DNA of 41,114 nucleotides from Chiloscyllium plagiosum (taxonomy: Eukaryota). Location of the stretch: positions 11,182,111 through 11,223,224 of the forward strand of contig NC_057754.1 in NCBI RefSeq assembly GCF_004010195.1, in the 5' to 3' direction. The notes below the pieces were generated by a model. The model was not told the DNA's origin and ran no database searches. It saw nothing but the letters and a program-made list of their open reading frames with translations. The position numbers and the translations under genes were made by a program. Positions 11,762-22,819 of this stretch are shown here, piece after piece (within the stretch, counting starts at the first letter, position 1; each line of letters begins with the position of its first letter).

Positions 11762-12888
11762 ATGCAACGTCTGGATAAATGCGAGGTGATGCATTTTGGA
11801 AGGTCGAATTTGAAAGCTGAGTACAGGATTAAGGATAGGATTTTGGCAGTGTGGAGGAACAGAAAGATCTTGGTGTGCAGGTACATAGATCCCTTAAAAT
11901 GGTCACCCAATTGGGCAGGGTTGATAAGAAAGCATATGGTGTTTTCGCTTTTATTAACAGAGGGATTGAGTTAAAGAGTCGTGAGATCCTGTTGCAGCTC
12001 TATAAAACTTTGGTTAGACCGCACTTGGAATACTGCGACCAGTTCTGGTCGCCCTATTATAGGAAAGATGTGGATGCTTTGGAGAGGGTTCAGAGGAGGT
12101 TTACCAGGATGCTGCCTGGGCTGGAGGGCTTATCTTATGAAGAAAGGTTGACTGAGCTCGGACGTTTTTCATTGGGAAAAAGGAGGAACAGAGGGTACCT
12201 AATTGAGGTATACAAGTTAATGAGAGGCATAGATAGAGTCGATAGCCAGAGACTATTTCCCAGGGCAGAAATGGCNNNNNNNNNNNNNNNNNNNNNNNNN
12301 NNNNNNNNNNNNNNNNNNNNNNNNNNNNNNNNNNNNNNNNNNNNNNNNNNNNNNNNNNNNNNNNNNNNNNNNNNNNNNNNNNNNNNNNNNNNNNNNNNNN
12401 NNNNNNNNNNNNNNNNNNNNNNNNNNNNNNNNNNNNNNNNNNNNNNNNNNNNNNNNNNNNNNNNNNNNNNNNNNNNNNNNNNNNNNNNNNNNNNNNNNNN
12501 NNNNNNNNNNNNNNNNNNNNNNNNNNNNNNNNNNNNNNNNNNNNNNNNNNNNNNNNNNNNNNNNNNNNNNNNNNNNNNNNNNNNNNNNNNNNNNNNNNNN
12601 NNNNNNNNNNNNNNNNNNNNNNNNNNNNNNNNNNNNNNNNNNNNNNNNNNNNNNNNNNNNNNNNNNNNNNNNNNNNNNNNNNNNNNNNNNNNNNNNNNNN
12701 NNNNNNNNNNNNNNNNNNNNNNNNNNNNNNNNNNNNNNNNNNNNNNNNNNNNNNNNNNGGGACATTTAAGAGACTGCTGGACATGCATATGGTCACAGAA
12801 ATTTGAGGGTGCATACATGAGGATCAGTGGTCGGCACAACATCGTGGGCTGAAGGGCCTATTCTGTGCTGTACTGTTCTATGTTCTAT
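11762..12888 (+). mobile_element. CR1 LINE 3' fragment (contains a gap)
   Basis: KCEVMHFGRSN, RPHLEYCDQFWSPYYRKDVDALERVQRRFTRMLP; TGTTCTA tail. Confidence 0.92.
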
Positions 12889-13009
12889 GTCTGCTGGTAC
12901 ACCACCTCTCTCACCTCCATCCAGTGCCTCTATTCCTGGTGAACGGCTTTTGCCCAAAACGTCGATTTTCCTACTCCTCGGATGCTGCCTGACCTGCTGT
13001 TCCTTAGTG

Positions 13010-14450
13010 GGCTCTACCACAATCTGCTCCAAAAACATTCTTGCAGACATTCCACAAATTCTTTTTTCTTGATCTGCTGCAAACCTAAATTTCCCAGTCC
13101 ACCTGCGTTTTGAAGTCCCCCATGATTATTCCAATAGTGCCTTTTTTATGTGCCTTTTCTGTCTCCTGATTTATTTTCTTCCCCACATCCTGATGACTGC
13201 TAAGAGGGTTTTACGCAAGTTCCTTCAAGGTCTTTTTACCTTTGTGGTTCCTTAACTCTACCCACATGGATTCTCCCCCTTCTGATTCTATTTCACTTTT
13301 TTTTATTCATTTGTGGGACTTGGACACCATTAGCTGGCCAGCATTGATAGCCCATCCCTATTTGCCCTTGAGAAGGTGGTAGTGAGCTACCTTCTTGACT
13401 CGCTGCAGACCACTTGCTGTGGGTTGACCCACAATGCCAATAGGAAGGTAAATCCAGGAATTTGACCCAACAACTATGAAGGAATGGTGGTATGTTCCAA
13501 GTCAGGGTGGTGAGTGGCTTGGAGGGGAACTTCAGGTGGTGATGATCCCAAGCACCTGCTGCCCTCGTCGTTCCAGGTAGAAGTGGTCTTGGGTTTTTTG
13601 CTGTCAAGTTTGTAGATGACACAAAATGGATAGGAAAGCAAGTAGTTAGGGCGACACAATGAAACAGCAGAGATAGGGACAAGTTAAGCAAATGGGCAAA
13701 ACTTAGTAGATGGAATACAGTGTGGGGAAAGACAAAATTAAGGTTTAGGTATTTTGGCAGGAAGACAAAGGAGAAAAAACGGCAAAAAGCTGCAAGCAGA
13801 GAGAATTGTGGGTCTTGTGTTTGAAAGACAAAGAGATGGCATCCAGCAGGTAATCAAAGGTAAGTGGTCTGTTGGCCTTTATTTTAAAGGGAATGGGGTA
13901 TAAAAATAGGGATGTCTGCTGAAACTGGACCAAACACTAGTCACATCACACCCGGAATACTGTGAACAGTTTTAGTCTCCTTATTTTAGGGTAGGCAGAC
14001 CATAGCGTATTCAGGAGTTTGATCCCGGTCATGGGAGGATTTTCTCAGGAGATTGAGCAGACTGTACTCTTTGAGGTTTAGAAGGATGAGAGAAGACCTC
14101 TAAGAATATGATCCTCAGAGAGGTTTGGCAGCGTAGATTCAGAGAGATTATTCCTTCTTTGACGTCCAAGGACACAATCTCAGAGTAAGGAGTCACATAT
14201 TTAAGACCAAGGTATGGAGGAATTACTTCTCTAAGGGGGTACTGAATTGCAGGCCTGGAGAAGCTGGGCTGCTCAGTGTATCCAACTCTGAGATAAACAG
14301 GATTTTAATCAGTAAGGGATTTGAGGTTTATGGGATAAGGCAGGAAAGTCAAGCTGAGGGTTACCAGATCAGCCTTGATCTCATTGAATATGACAGCAGA
14401 CTCGCTGGGTTGAATTGTCCACTTCTGCTCCTATGTCTTATGGCCTTATC
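13010..14450. mobile_element. Mosaic of degenerate LINE fragments (minus 13010-13600, plus 13600-14450)
   Basis: KFVDDTK-like RT motif near 13605; CR1 tail TATGTCTTATGGCCTTAT ending ~14450. Confidence 0.7.
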
Positions 14451-14625
14451 AATTTTTTTTTTTCTTTTTCTGGGTTCTCACTTGCTTCCCTTTTTTTAAT
14501 GTTTTCAACTAATTTCGCAGGGTGTTCGGAAGATCTGGAGTGAAGAGAGTTAAAACCGAGCATCACTTCAGGATCTGACAGAGTCGCCCAGTTTGTTGCA
14601 GCCTGAATATCATTGGATTTTGAAC

Positions 14626-15615
14626 ATGGAAGAAAAAAGCACTGTTCACAGTAGGGAGAAACCGTACACATGTTGTACGTGTGGACAAGGCTTCAGCAGG
14701 TCATCTGCCCTATCACAACATAAATACAGTCACACTGGGGAGAGGCCATTCATCTGTTCCGAGTGTGGGAAAGGATTCACTCGATCGTCCACCCTGTTGA
14801 AACACCATCAGGTTCACACAGAGGACAGACCTTTTAAATGCCCTGAATGTGGAAAGTGCTATAAAAGATCTGAGGCCCTGAAGTTGCATCAACGTGTTCA
14901 CACTGATGAGAGACCTTTCACTTGCTCTCACTGTGGAGCTGGGTTCAAGCAAGCATGTGACCTCATTAATCACCAGCGGATTCACACTGGGGAGAGACCA
15001 TTCATCTGCTCAGAATGCGGGAAAACATTTGCACGGAAATCAATCCTGTTGAGTCACCAGCATGTTCACACAGAAGAGAGACCTTATAAATGCCCAGACT
15101 GTGGAAAGTGTTACAAAAGGTCTGGGGACCTGATGTTGCATCAACGTATTCACACTGATGAAAGACCGTTCAGGTGCTCTCACTGTGGGACTGGGTTTAG
15201 GCGATCATTCCAACTTGCTGTACACCAGCGATTTCACACTGGGGAGACGCCATTCACCTGCACTGAGTGTGGGAAGGGATTCGCTGTGATATCCAGCCTG
15301 CAGAAACACCAGCAACTTCACACAGAGGAGAGACCTTTTAAATGCCCAGATTGTGGGAAGTGCTTTAAAAGATCTGGGAACTTGGTGTCCCATCAACGTG
15401 TTCATACTGACGAGAGACCATTCAGGTGCTCTCAGTGTGGGTCTAGGTTCAAGTGGTCAACACAACTCACTGTACACCAGCGATCGCACACAGGGGAGAG
15501 GCCATACACCTGCACTGACCGTGGGAAGGGATTTGCTATGAAATCTGAGCTGCAGCATCACCAGCGATCTCACACTGGGGAGATACCATTCACGTGCACG
15601 TGGGATTCACTGTGA
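14626..15615 (+). CDS. Tandem C2H2 zinc-finger protein: 10 intact fingers, one degenerate, one frameshifted; terminal exon begins at 14521
   Basis: CxxC-12-HxxxH repeats with TGERP/TEERP/TDERP linkers; ATG at 14626; polypyrimidine tract and CAG acceptor ending at 14520. Confidence 0.88.
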   Translation: MEEKSTVHSREKPYTCCTCGQGFSRSSALSQHKYSHTGERPFICSECGKGFTRSSTLLKHHQVHTEDRPFKCPECGKCYKRSEALKLHQRVHTDERPFTCSHCGAGFKQACDLINHQRIHTGERPFICSECGKTFARKSILLSHQHVHTEERPYKCPDCGKCYKRSGDLMLHQRIHTDERPFRCSHCGTGFRRSFQLAVHQRFHTGETPFTCTECGKGFAVISSLQKHQQLHTEERPFKCPDCGKCFKRSGNLVSHQRVHTDERPFRCSQCGSRFKWSTQLTVHQRSHTGERPYTCTDRGKGFAMKSELQHHQRSHTGEIPFTCTWDSL

Positions 15616-15710
15616 AATCTAAACTGCTGTGTCATCAGTGAGTTTGTGAGCAAGGGACTGACTGGTTTTTACTCTGAATATATCCCTGCTTCATCATGTC
15701 CTTCCCTCAC

Positions 15711-16497
15711 TGCTGGAAGATCTAATGAACAATACTCTTGACCGTCTCTGAGAGACAACAGTGTATTTTTAGACAACCATGCAGCAGAGAAGCTTGTAGC
15801 TCTATAAAATTCAATTAATTTATGAAGTACTTCAACGATTAACAAGCTTTTAACCGCTAGAGATATCTCAATCAATATTTTTCACCACTCTGGGTTCTGC
15901 AATTCACCCCAAACATTATTACCCATCAGAGTTCGCAACTTGCTAGGTTGGAACTCTTCTTGATCCCTTCCCAATGCCTCCTGACATGGGGTATCTCTGG
16001 CAAAGATATTCTTCAAAGTTCTGTTGAAAATCAAGGATTTTCCTGGCCTGCTTTATGCACTGGTCTCTGTGTCAAAGAGTGTGGTGCTGGAAAAGCACAG
16101 CAGTCAGGCAGCATCAGAGGGGCAGGAGAATTGACGTTTCGAGCGTACGACCTTGATCAGGAATCTTCATCAGGACTTATGCTCGAAACGTCGATTCTCC
16201 GGCTCCTCAAATGTTGCCTGATCAGCTGTGCTTTTCCAGCAACACGCTCTCTGACTCTGATCTCCAGCATCTGCAGTCCTCACTTTCTATTGGTCTCTGT
16301 GCCAATTGTATGCCTTATTTGTAATTATCCATGCATGTGAGCAATCCTGAATGTTTTGTCCCTATTTGATACAGTTGGCAGTTACTGATTTTCTGCAATC
16401 TTAGCTCTTAGCAGAGCTGAATCACGAAGTGTAATTCTACTCACAGCCCATTGTATAGTCTGTTATCAGTTCCTGTTATCTTCAGCTTTATCCAATA
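15711..16497 (-). repeat. Putative 3' LTR of an env-bearing retroelement
   Basis: Termini TGCTGGA...TCCAATA (decayed TGTTGGA...TCCAACA); abuts a minus-strand polypurine tract AAAAGGGAGGAAGA (16498-16511) downstream of env. Confidence 0.65.
16072..16290. mobile_element. Fold-back Penelope-derived mini-element
   Basis: 11-bp TSD TGGTCTCTGTG (16061-16071, 16291-16301); ~70-bp inverted arms (~16076-16149 and ~16179-16250) with GAAACGTC hammerhead remnants. Confidence 0.8.
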
Positions 16498-16922
16498 TCT
16501 TCCTCCCTTTTAATTCAAAGGTTTATCTGAGGATCATCCCTACTGGGTTATTTGTCGTTCAGGGTACCTGCAGACAGTGGTGAGCATTACCTTCTTGCAG
16601 TGATGTATTCTCAGCATTACATTACTTTATTTCAGTTATTTGAAATCCATTTAGACCATTGCATTTACTAAAACTATAGTCATAAGTGTAATCAGTTTAC
16701 AATATCTTACTCACTTCCCTTTTCTGCAGAAAATATATTATTATAAGCTTTCAACGTCTTGCATATCAGTACAAATGAACAAATAGTGAGGAATGCCACT
16801 AACTAGCCACATCTATATTATTCCTACCCGATAGTAAGCAATCATGAGTTATCTTTTAGTGTCTGAGATCAATCCCTGTTGTCAATCCCTTCCATTTCTT
16901 AACTTTCAGTTTTTTTTTATTG

Positions 16923-17266
16923 TATAGAATCCCTACAGTGAGGAAACAGGTCCTTCAGCCCAACAAGTCCACACCGACCCTCCAAATAGTAACCCACCCA
17001 GACTTATTCCCCTGCCCTATATTTATCCCTGATGCATGCACCTAACCTAGGCATCCCTGAACACTATGGGCAATTTAGTATAACCAATCCACCTAACCTG
17101 CACGCGTTTGGACTATGGGAGGAATCTGGAGCACCCAGTGGAAATCTATGCAGACACTAGGAGAATGTGCAAACTCCACGCAGACAGTCGCCCAAGGCTG
17201 GAATCGAACCCGGGTCCCTGGCGCTGTGAGGCAGCAGTGCTAACCACTGAGCCACTATGCTGCCCC
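16923..17266 (-). mobile_element. HE1-type SINE
   Basis: A/B boxes and core on the minus strand. Confidence 0.9.
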
Positions 17267-17269
17267 AAC

Positions 17270-18535
17270 GTTTTGTTTGTTAAAACAATTGCAACAATAG
17301 GTATTGTATAACAATTACAGTAGAAAAATCACATGAAATGCAATTCTGATCCACGGATAGACTTGAATATTCAGTTCCTCATTTCAGGTTTTCCACGAGA
17401 AACGTGGAGCCTGCAAGTCAGTGTCTACGCCTTCTGTGTAAGCTTTAATCTTCTTTTCGTGCGTTGCCCATTAATGGATAACTTCTTTGTCTCGAAAATT
17501 GTCTTCAATCTGCAGTGAAGTGTGGAATAATGGAAGTCCAGGAGGTGCAAACTGCCGTAAAATTTCATCTACATCACTTGGGTGGACAGATAGAGCTATA
17601 TACAGTTTCTCATCGGGTTCTGGCTTAAACAGAATTTTGTGGCTAATAGTTAAGTCAGAAGACTTATTGCGGATCGCCACGTTTTGTTCATCTTGGGTGC
17701 ACCACGTCCTTCCTTTTTATTATCCTTGGGCTATCTTGGTGACATAGTAGGTTTCTCCCACTAAGGTATACTTAAAAGTTTGGTTCTTCACCAGCAGGAT
17801 AGACAATGATCAATTTTTGTAACAGAAAGATCCACACTGAGATAGCCCTTTTATCATTTCTTTCAGACATGCCCAGTGGTTCCCCTGGATTGAAGCCAAT
17901 ACATTCCTTTTTGGAATCCCTTTAGAACTGTAGCATGAGTTGCTGGGTTACTTTGTGATCCAGTTTCTTCTTGGTATTTACTCACATTATGAACTCGCAT
18001 TATGGATGTGTCAGATTGTCCTCATGTTGAGGTATATAAAGAACCACACCAATATAAAGCTGACCTTTATTATTGTCATACGTGCTTAAGACCTGGTTGG
18101 TGAAATTGAAGTTTCTGAGTTGACATGGGCATCTTTGTTCCCACCCAGGTCCTCAGTTGCTCATTTGACACCCAGTCCAGTACTCTATGAGCATCTAATT
18201 GCAGCATATTTGTGCTAACCATAGACAGAAGCCAGCTAATATGTTGAACAAAAACCTGTTGTATTATTGCAGGTTGCCTCATGAGCTATAATGTTGTTGG
18301 TAATATTCTGAAGTGTCTCAGCATTTTGGTGCTTAGGGCTATCTGTGCTGCTTGCTGGCATACCCTACACATTTTTCCTTGATCCTGGTGTTCTTGGCTG
18401 ACAATTATCCTTTTTTCCTCCAAGGAACTTAACTGATCCTTGAAGTCTGCTGTTTTAAGGGTGCTCACAGTGGCCAATCCCGATGCATAGCCTGCTCGTG
18501 CGAATTCTACCAACCCTCTCTTCCTCCTCCTCAAA
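17270..18535 (-). pseudogene. Decayed F-type class I viral fusion (env) glycoprotein
   Basis: Manual translation across frameshifts: RRRKR|GLVEFARAGYASGLATVS...NITNNIIAHEATCNNT...WLLSMVSTNMLQL...YIGVVLYIP...IMRVHNV...NHWAC...CG...W..*NEELNIQVYPWIRIAFHVIFLL*LLY...CCNC. Confidence 0.72.
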
Positions 18536-20098
18536 ATATATATGTTAGAAATTACAAGTGAGAAAGGAAAGATCACTTTTGATGGGGTTGTACTCGGCCC
18601 CCCAATAGTAAGATAGAAAGTGAGAAACAAATATATAGGGAGATCTCAACTATATGTAAACATAATAAGTTGAAATAATGGGGGATTTTTAATGTTCCAG
18701 GCATTGACTGGGACGGCCATAGTGTTAAAGTTACTAAGAATTTGTCAAATGTGTTCAATGAAATTTTCTTTATCAATATTTGGATACTGCTAGTAGAGAA
18801 GGAGCAAAATTTACACCTTTTGGGCAATAATGCAAGGCAGATGACTATAGTAAAAGTGAACGCTTTGGGTCTAGCAAACATAATTCTATTAATTTCAAAA
18901 TGGTTATGGAAGAAGATAAACCTTGCATAAAAATAAAAAGTTTTTAATTGGAATAAGGCATGTTTTAATGATACAAGACAAGAACGTTCAAAAGTTGATT
19001 GGAGTAGATTGTTCGCAGAGAATAGGTTGTCGGACAAGTAGGAGGCGTTCAAGCCTGCGATGCCGTGAGTTCAGCATGTTAGAGAGAAGGGTAAGGCTGG
19101 TAAGATTAAGGAACAATGAATGAGCAAAGATATTGAGATTCCAGTTGAGAATAAAAGAGAATCTTATTTTAAGTGTAGCAAACTTGGCTCAATTGAATCT
19201 GTTAATATGAGGAGTGCAGGGGCATTCTCAAGAGAGAAATTAGGAAGGCAGAGGGAATATGAGATGGCATTGGTAGATTAAGTTAAGGATAATCCAAAGA
19301 GATTGTACAACTACAGCAGTAAGAACAAGAGGGTAACTAGAAAGAGGATAGGGCCTCTTAAAGATCCAGGAGATTGTCTTTGTGTTGAACTCCAGGAGAT
19401 TGGAGACATACTAAATGAATATTTTGCATCGTTTTTGCTGTGGAGAAAGAAATAGAGTAGACAGTGCAGAGATATAAACATTGTTGTTTGAAGAACAGCT
19501 TGCATTACAGAAGAGAACATTGGGGAGGTCTTAGGGAATATAAAAGTGGATAAATCTCCAGGACCTGATTGCATGTATCCCAGAACTTTAAGGAAGAAAA
19601 TTATGCCTTGCAGAGATATTTGTATCATCTATAACTACGGTTCAGGTCGAGAGTTTGGTGCTGGAAAAGTGCAGCGGGTCAGGCAGCATCCACGGAGCAA
19701 GAAAATCAATGTTTCGGGCAAAAGTGGTGAGGTGTCTGATGACTGGAGAGTGGCTAATGTTGTTCCTTTGTTTAAGAAAGGCTTTAAGGTGAAACTGGAG
19801 AACTATAGACCTGTGAGTCTGACTTCATTTGTGGGTAAATCGGTTGGAGGTGATTACAAAAGGTACGATTTATGGATATTTAAAGATGTACAAATTGATT
19901 AGGGATAGTGAGCATGGTTTTATGTGGGGAAAATAGTTTCTCACAAACTTGAGGTTTTTGATGTTGATAATGGCAGAGCAGTAGACATTTATTTGGATTT
20001 TTGTAAAGCCTTTTGCAAGGTTCTGTACGGTAGACTAATTAGTAAAGTTACGTTACGTGGGATTCAAGGTAAACTTGCCAATCGGATGCATAATGGCT

Positions 20099-20915
20099 TG
20101 TTACAAAGTTGAGAGTGTGTATAGTCACTTGAAGAGAGGTGCTTTTTCTGAGCTGAGAGATTGTGACAGCATATGTCTGTCATTAGCCAACAAGTGCTGA
20201 AAATTGATACGTAACCATCTGTTTGGGGTTGTGTTTTGATGTTGAGGCAACTGGATTTGAATTTAACTAATTGATTTAAATTTTCTCAGGATACCACAAG
20301 CCATTTAAATTTGATTGTATTGAAAACGTCGGATTAATGAGAAGGTATGAATCTTGGGGACATAAAACGTCAGGGCATTTTAAAATTAGTCTGAGCTAAC
20401 TGCCTCCGTAGAAATAACCATCACAATCCTGTAAAAGAAATCTCTCAAAGGCATCGTCCATTAAAGGTACCAAGACATTTTATACAAAGATGCAGTAATA
20501 AAGAAAAATCATAGCAGATGACCCTGGGAGAAGACAGGGAATTGGAAAGACAGGAGGAAACACCAGAATTGGAAGGATGAAAGAAAGTAGTGGATTTGGA
20601 ACACCAGGAGAAGACAGCATAACAAACTGTTACCTTAAGGTAATTTGACGTTTAATAATTGTTATTGGATCAGTATTTTAATAGAGTTGGGGTCAGATAG
20701 TGATTTAGTTAAGAAAAAAGGGAGGTTTGGGTTTGTTAATAGTTTTTGTTTAGTGTTCACTGTTAGAATTAAGAAAATAAACTTACTATTTTTCTTTAAG
20801 CAGTGGAAATCGGGTTTTCTTTTGTTCACTCACACTTTTTAGCAGATTGCGAGATGAGCTGATCTGGGTGTTGTAGTTTAAAGTAGCAGAGGGGTTAGAC
20901 CTCCGCATCATAACA
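20099..20915 (+). mobile_element. Solo LTR related to the Gmr1-like LTRs
   Basis: TGTTA...TAACA termini, perfect 4-bp TSD GGCT (20095-20098, 20916-20919); both ends resemble the reverse complement of 1336-2041. Confidence 0.85.
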
Positions 20916-21751
20916 GGCTAATGGCAGGAGGCAGAGAGAAATGGTGGAGGGTTACTTTTCAGACTGGAGGCCTGTGACTAGTGGTGTTCCATAGTGATCG
21001 GTTCTGGGTCCTCTGTTTGTCGTTTATATAAATAACTTGGTTAAGAATAGAGAAGGCATGGTCAGTAAGTTTGTGGATGATAATTTGTGGCACAGTGGAC
21101 AGTGTAGATTACAAAGAGATCCTGATCAAATGGGTCAACAGGTTAAAAAATGGCAGATGGAGTTCAGTCTGAATAAAGGTGAGGTATTGCATTCTGGTGC
21201 AACAACCATGAATAGAACATATGCAGTTAGTGTTTTGGGTAGTGTTGTAGAACACAGGAACCTACAGTAGCAGGTACATGACTTTTTGAAGTTTGCGTCA
21301 CTCATTGACAGGGCGGTTTAAACAGTGTTTGACATGCTTGCCTTGTTTGCTTCGTCCTTTGCATGTAGAAATTATGTTTAGATTGTACAGGACATTGATG
21401 AGGATATTCTGGAATGCTGTGTCCAGTTCTGGTCGCCCAGTTATAGGAAAGAAATTATCAGGCTGGAGACAGTTCAGAATAGATTTACCAGGATGTTGCT
21501 TGGTATGGAAGGTTTGAGTTGTAAAGAAAGGCTGGCACTTTTTTTCACTGGAGCGTAGGAGGTTGAGAGGTGACCTGATTGAAGTTTATGAAATAATGAA
21601 AGATATGGATAGAGTTGGTGGCAGTTTTCCCTGAGATGGGGAATTTCAAGAGTCGGGGGCATATTTTTAAGGTGAGAGGACAGTTTTTTAAAACACATTA
21701 AAAGGCAATTTTTTTTAACACAGAGGGTGGTTTACGTTTGGAATGAATTTT

Positions 21752-22076
21752 TTAAAAAATTACATTCCCTATAGTATGGAAGCAGGCCCTTTGGCCCAAC
21801 AAGTCCACACCGACTCTCCGAACTAGACCCATTCCCCAACCCTATATTTATCCCTGACTAATGCACCTAGCACTATGGGCAATTGAGCATGGCCAGTTCA
21901 CCTGACCTGTACATCTTTGGGTTGTGTGAAGAAACCAGCGCACTCAGAAGAAACCCATGTAGACACTGGGAGAATGTGCAAACTCCACTCAGACAGTTGC
22001 CCGAGGTGAGAATTGAACCAGAGTCCCCAGCACTGAGAGGCTGCAGTGCTAACCACTGAACCATCGTGCTGCCCAT
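21752..22076 (-). mobile_element. HE1-type SINE
   Basis: Core and A/B boxes on the minus strand. Confidence 0.88.
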
Positions 22077-22476
22077 GCGGAAGTGATGGATGCAGGTACA
22101 ATTAGAGTTTAAAAGACATTTGGATGGGTTCATGAATTGGAAAGGTTTTGAGGGATATGGTCCAGGACCTTGCAGGTGGGACACGCTTAGTTAGAATTAT
22201 GTTCAGCATAGACTGGTTGGACTGAAGGGTGTGCTGCTATATGACTACATGTAAATTCACTACTACTGACTTGTTTCCTGTCAAAGAGCTGCCGGGTAGT
22301 GCTATTGCAGCAGGATGGTACTAATATGTACATCAGATTAAACACATCCTGGTCCTAGAGTATTTCTTCCATGTCTTCCAATACTATTCTTTCGCCCCCT
22401 GTATCTGTGTGAGATTTGCTACACCATGGCTCTCAGTTAGTTCCAGGAGTCATGATGATGGTAGTTGGTTGGCTTA

Positions 22477-22812
22477 CACTAAAATCCATGAGGGGCATAA
22501 ATAGGGTAAACAGACAAGGTCTTTTACCTGGGGTGGTGGAGTCCAGAACTAGAGGGCATAGGTTTAAGGTTAGATGGGAAAGTTTTAGAAGGGACCGAAG
22601 GGCCAACATTTTCATGTAGAGCATGGTGCGTGTATGGAATAAGCTGCCAGAGGAAGTGGTGGAGGCTGGTACATTACAGCATTAAAAAGGCATCTAGATG
22701 AGTATATAACTAGGGAGGATTTGGGGGCTAGATTAATTTAGCATATCTGGTTGGCATGGATGAGTTGGACCAAAAGGACTTTTTCCATGCTGCACATCTC
22801 TATGACTCTGAT
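22477..22812 (+). mobile_element. CR1 LINE 3' end
   Basis: MRGINRVNRQGLLPGVVESRTRGHRFKVR; similar to 405-765. Confidence 0.88.
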
Positions 22813-22819
22813 TTGAGTT

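Larger units (their letters stand above)
18536..22250 (+). mobile_element. Long degenerate CR1 LINE (endonuclease end, RT, 3' tail) with three insertions
   Basis: GDFN, DKSPGPD, DWRVANVVPLFKKG, NYRPVSLTS, YLDFCKAF, SKFVDD motifs; interrupted at ~19645-19725, 20099-20915 and ~21752-22076. Confidence 0.88.

Noticed and set aside
12101..12842. Long X-containing ORFs here and at 7430-7993 and 32472-32980
   Set aside because: Artefacts of N gaps.
15711..18535. env as part of the Gmr1-like element
   Set aside because: It lies outside that element's LTRs and TSD and has its own dissimilar PPT and LTR.
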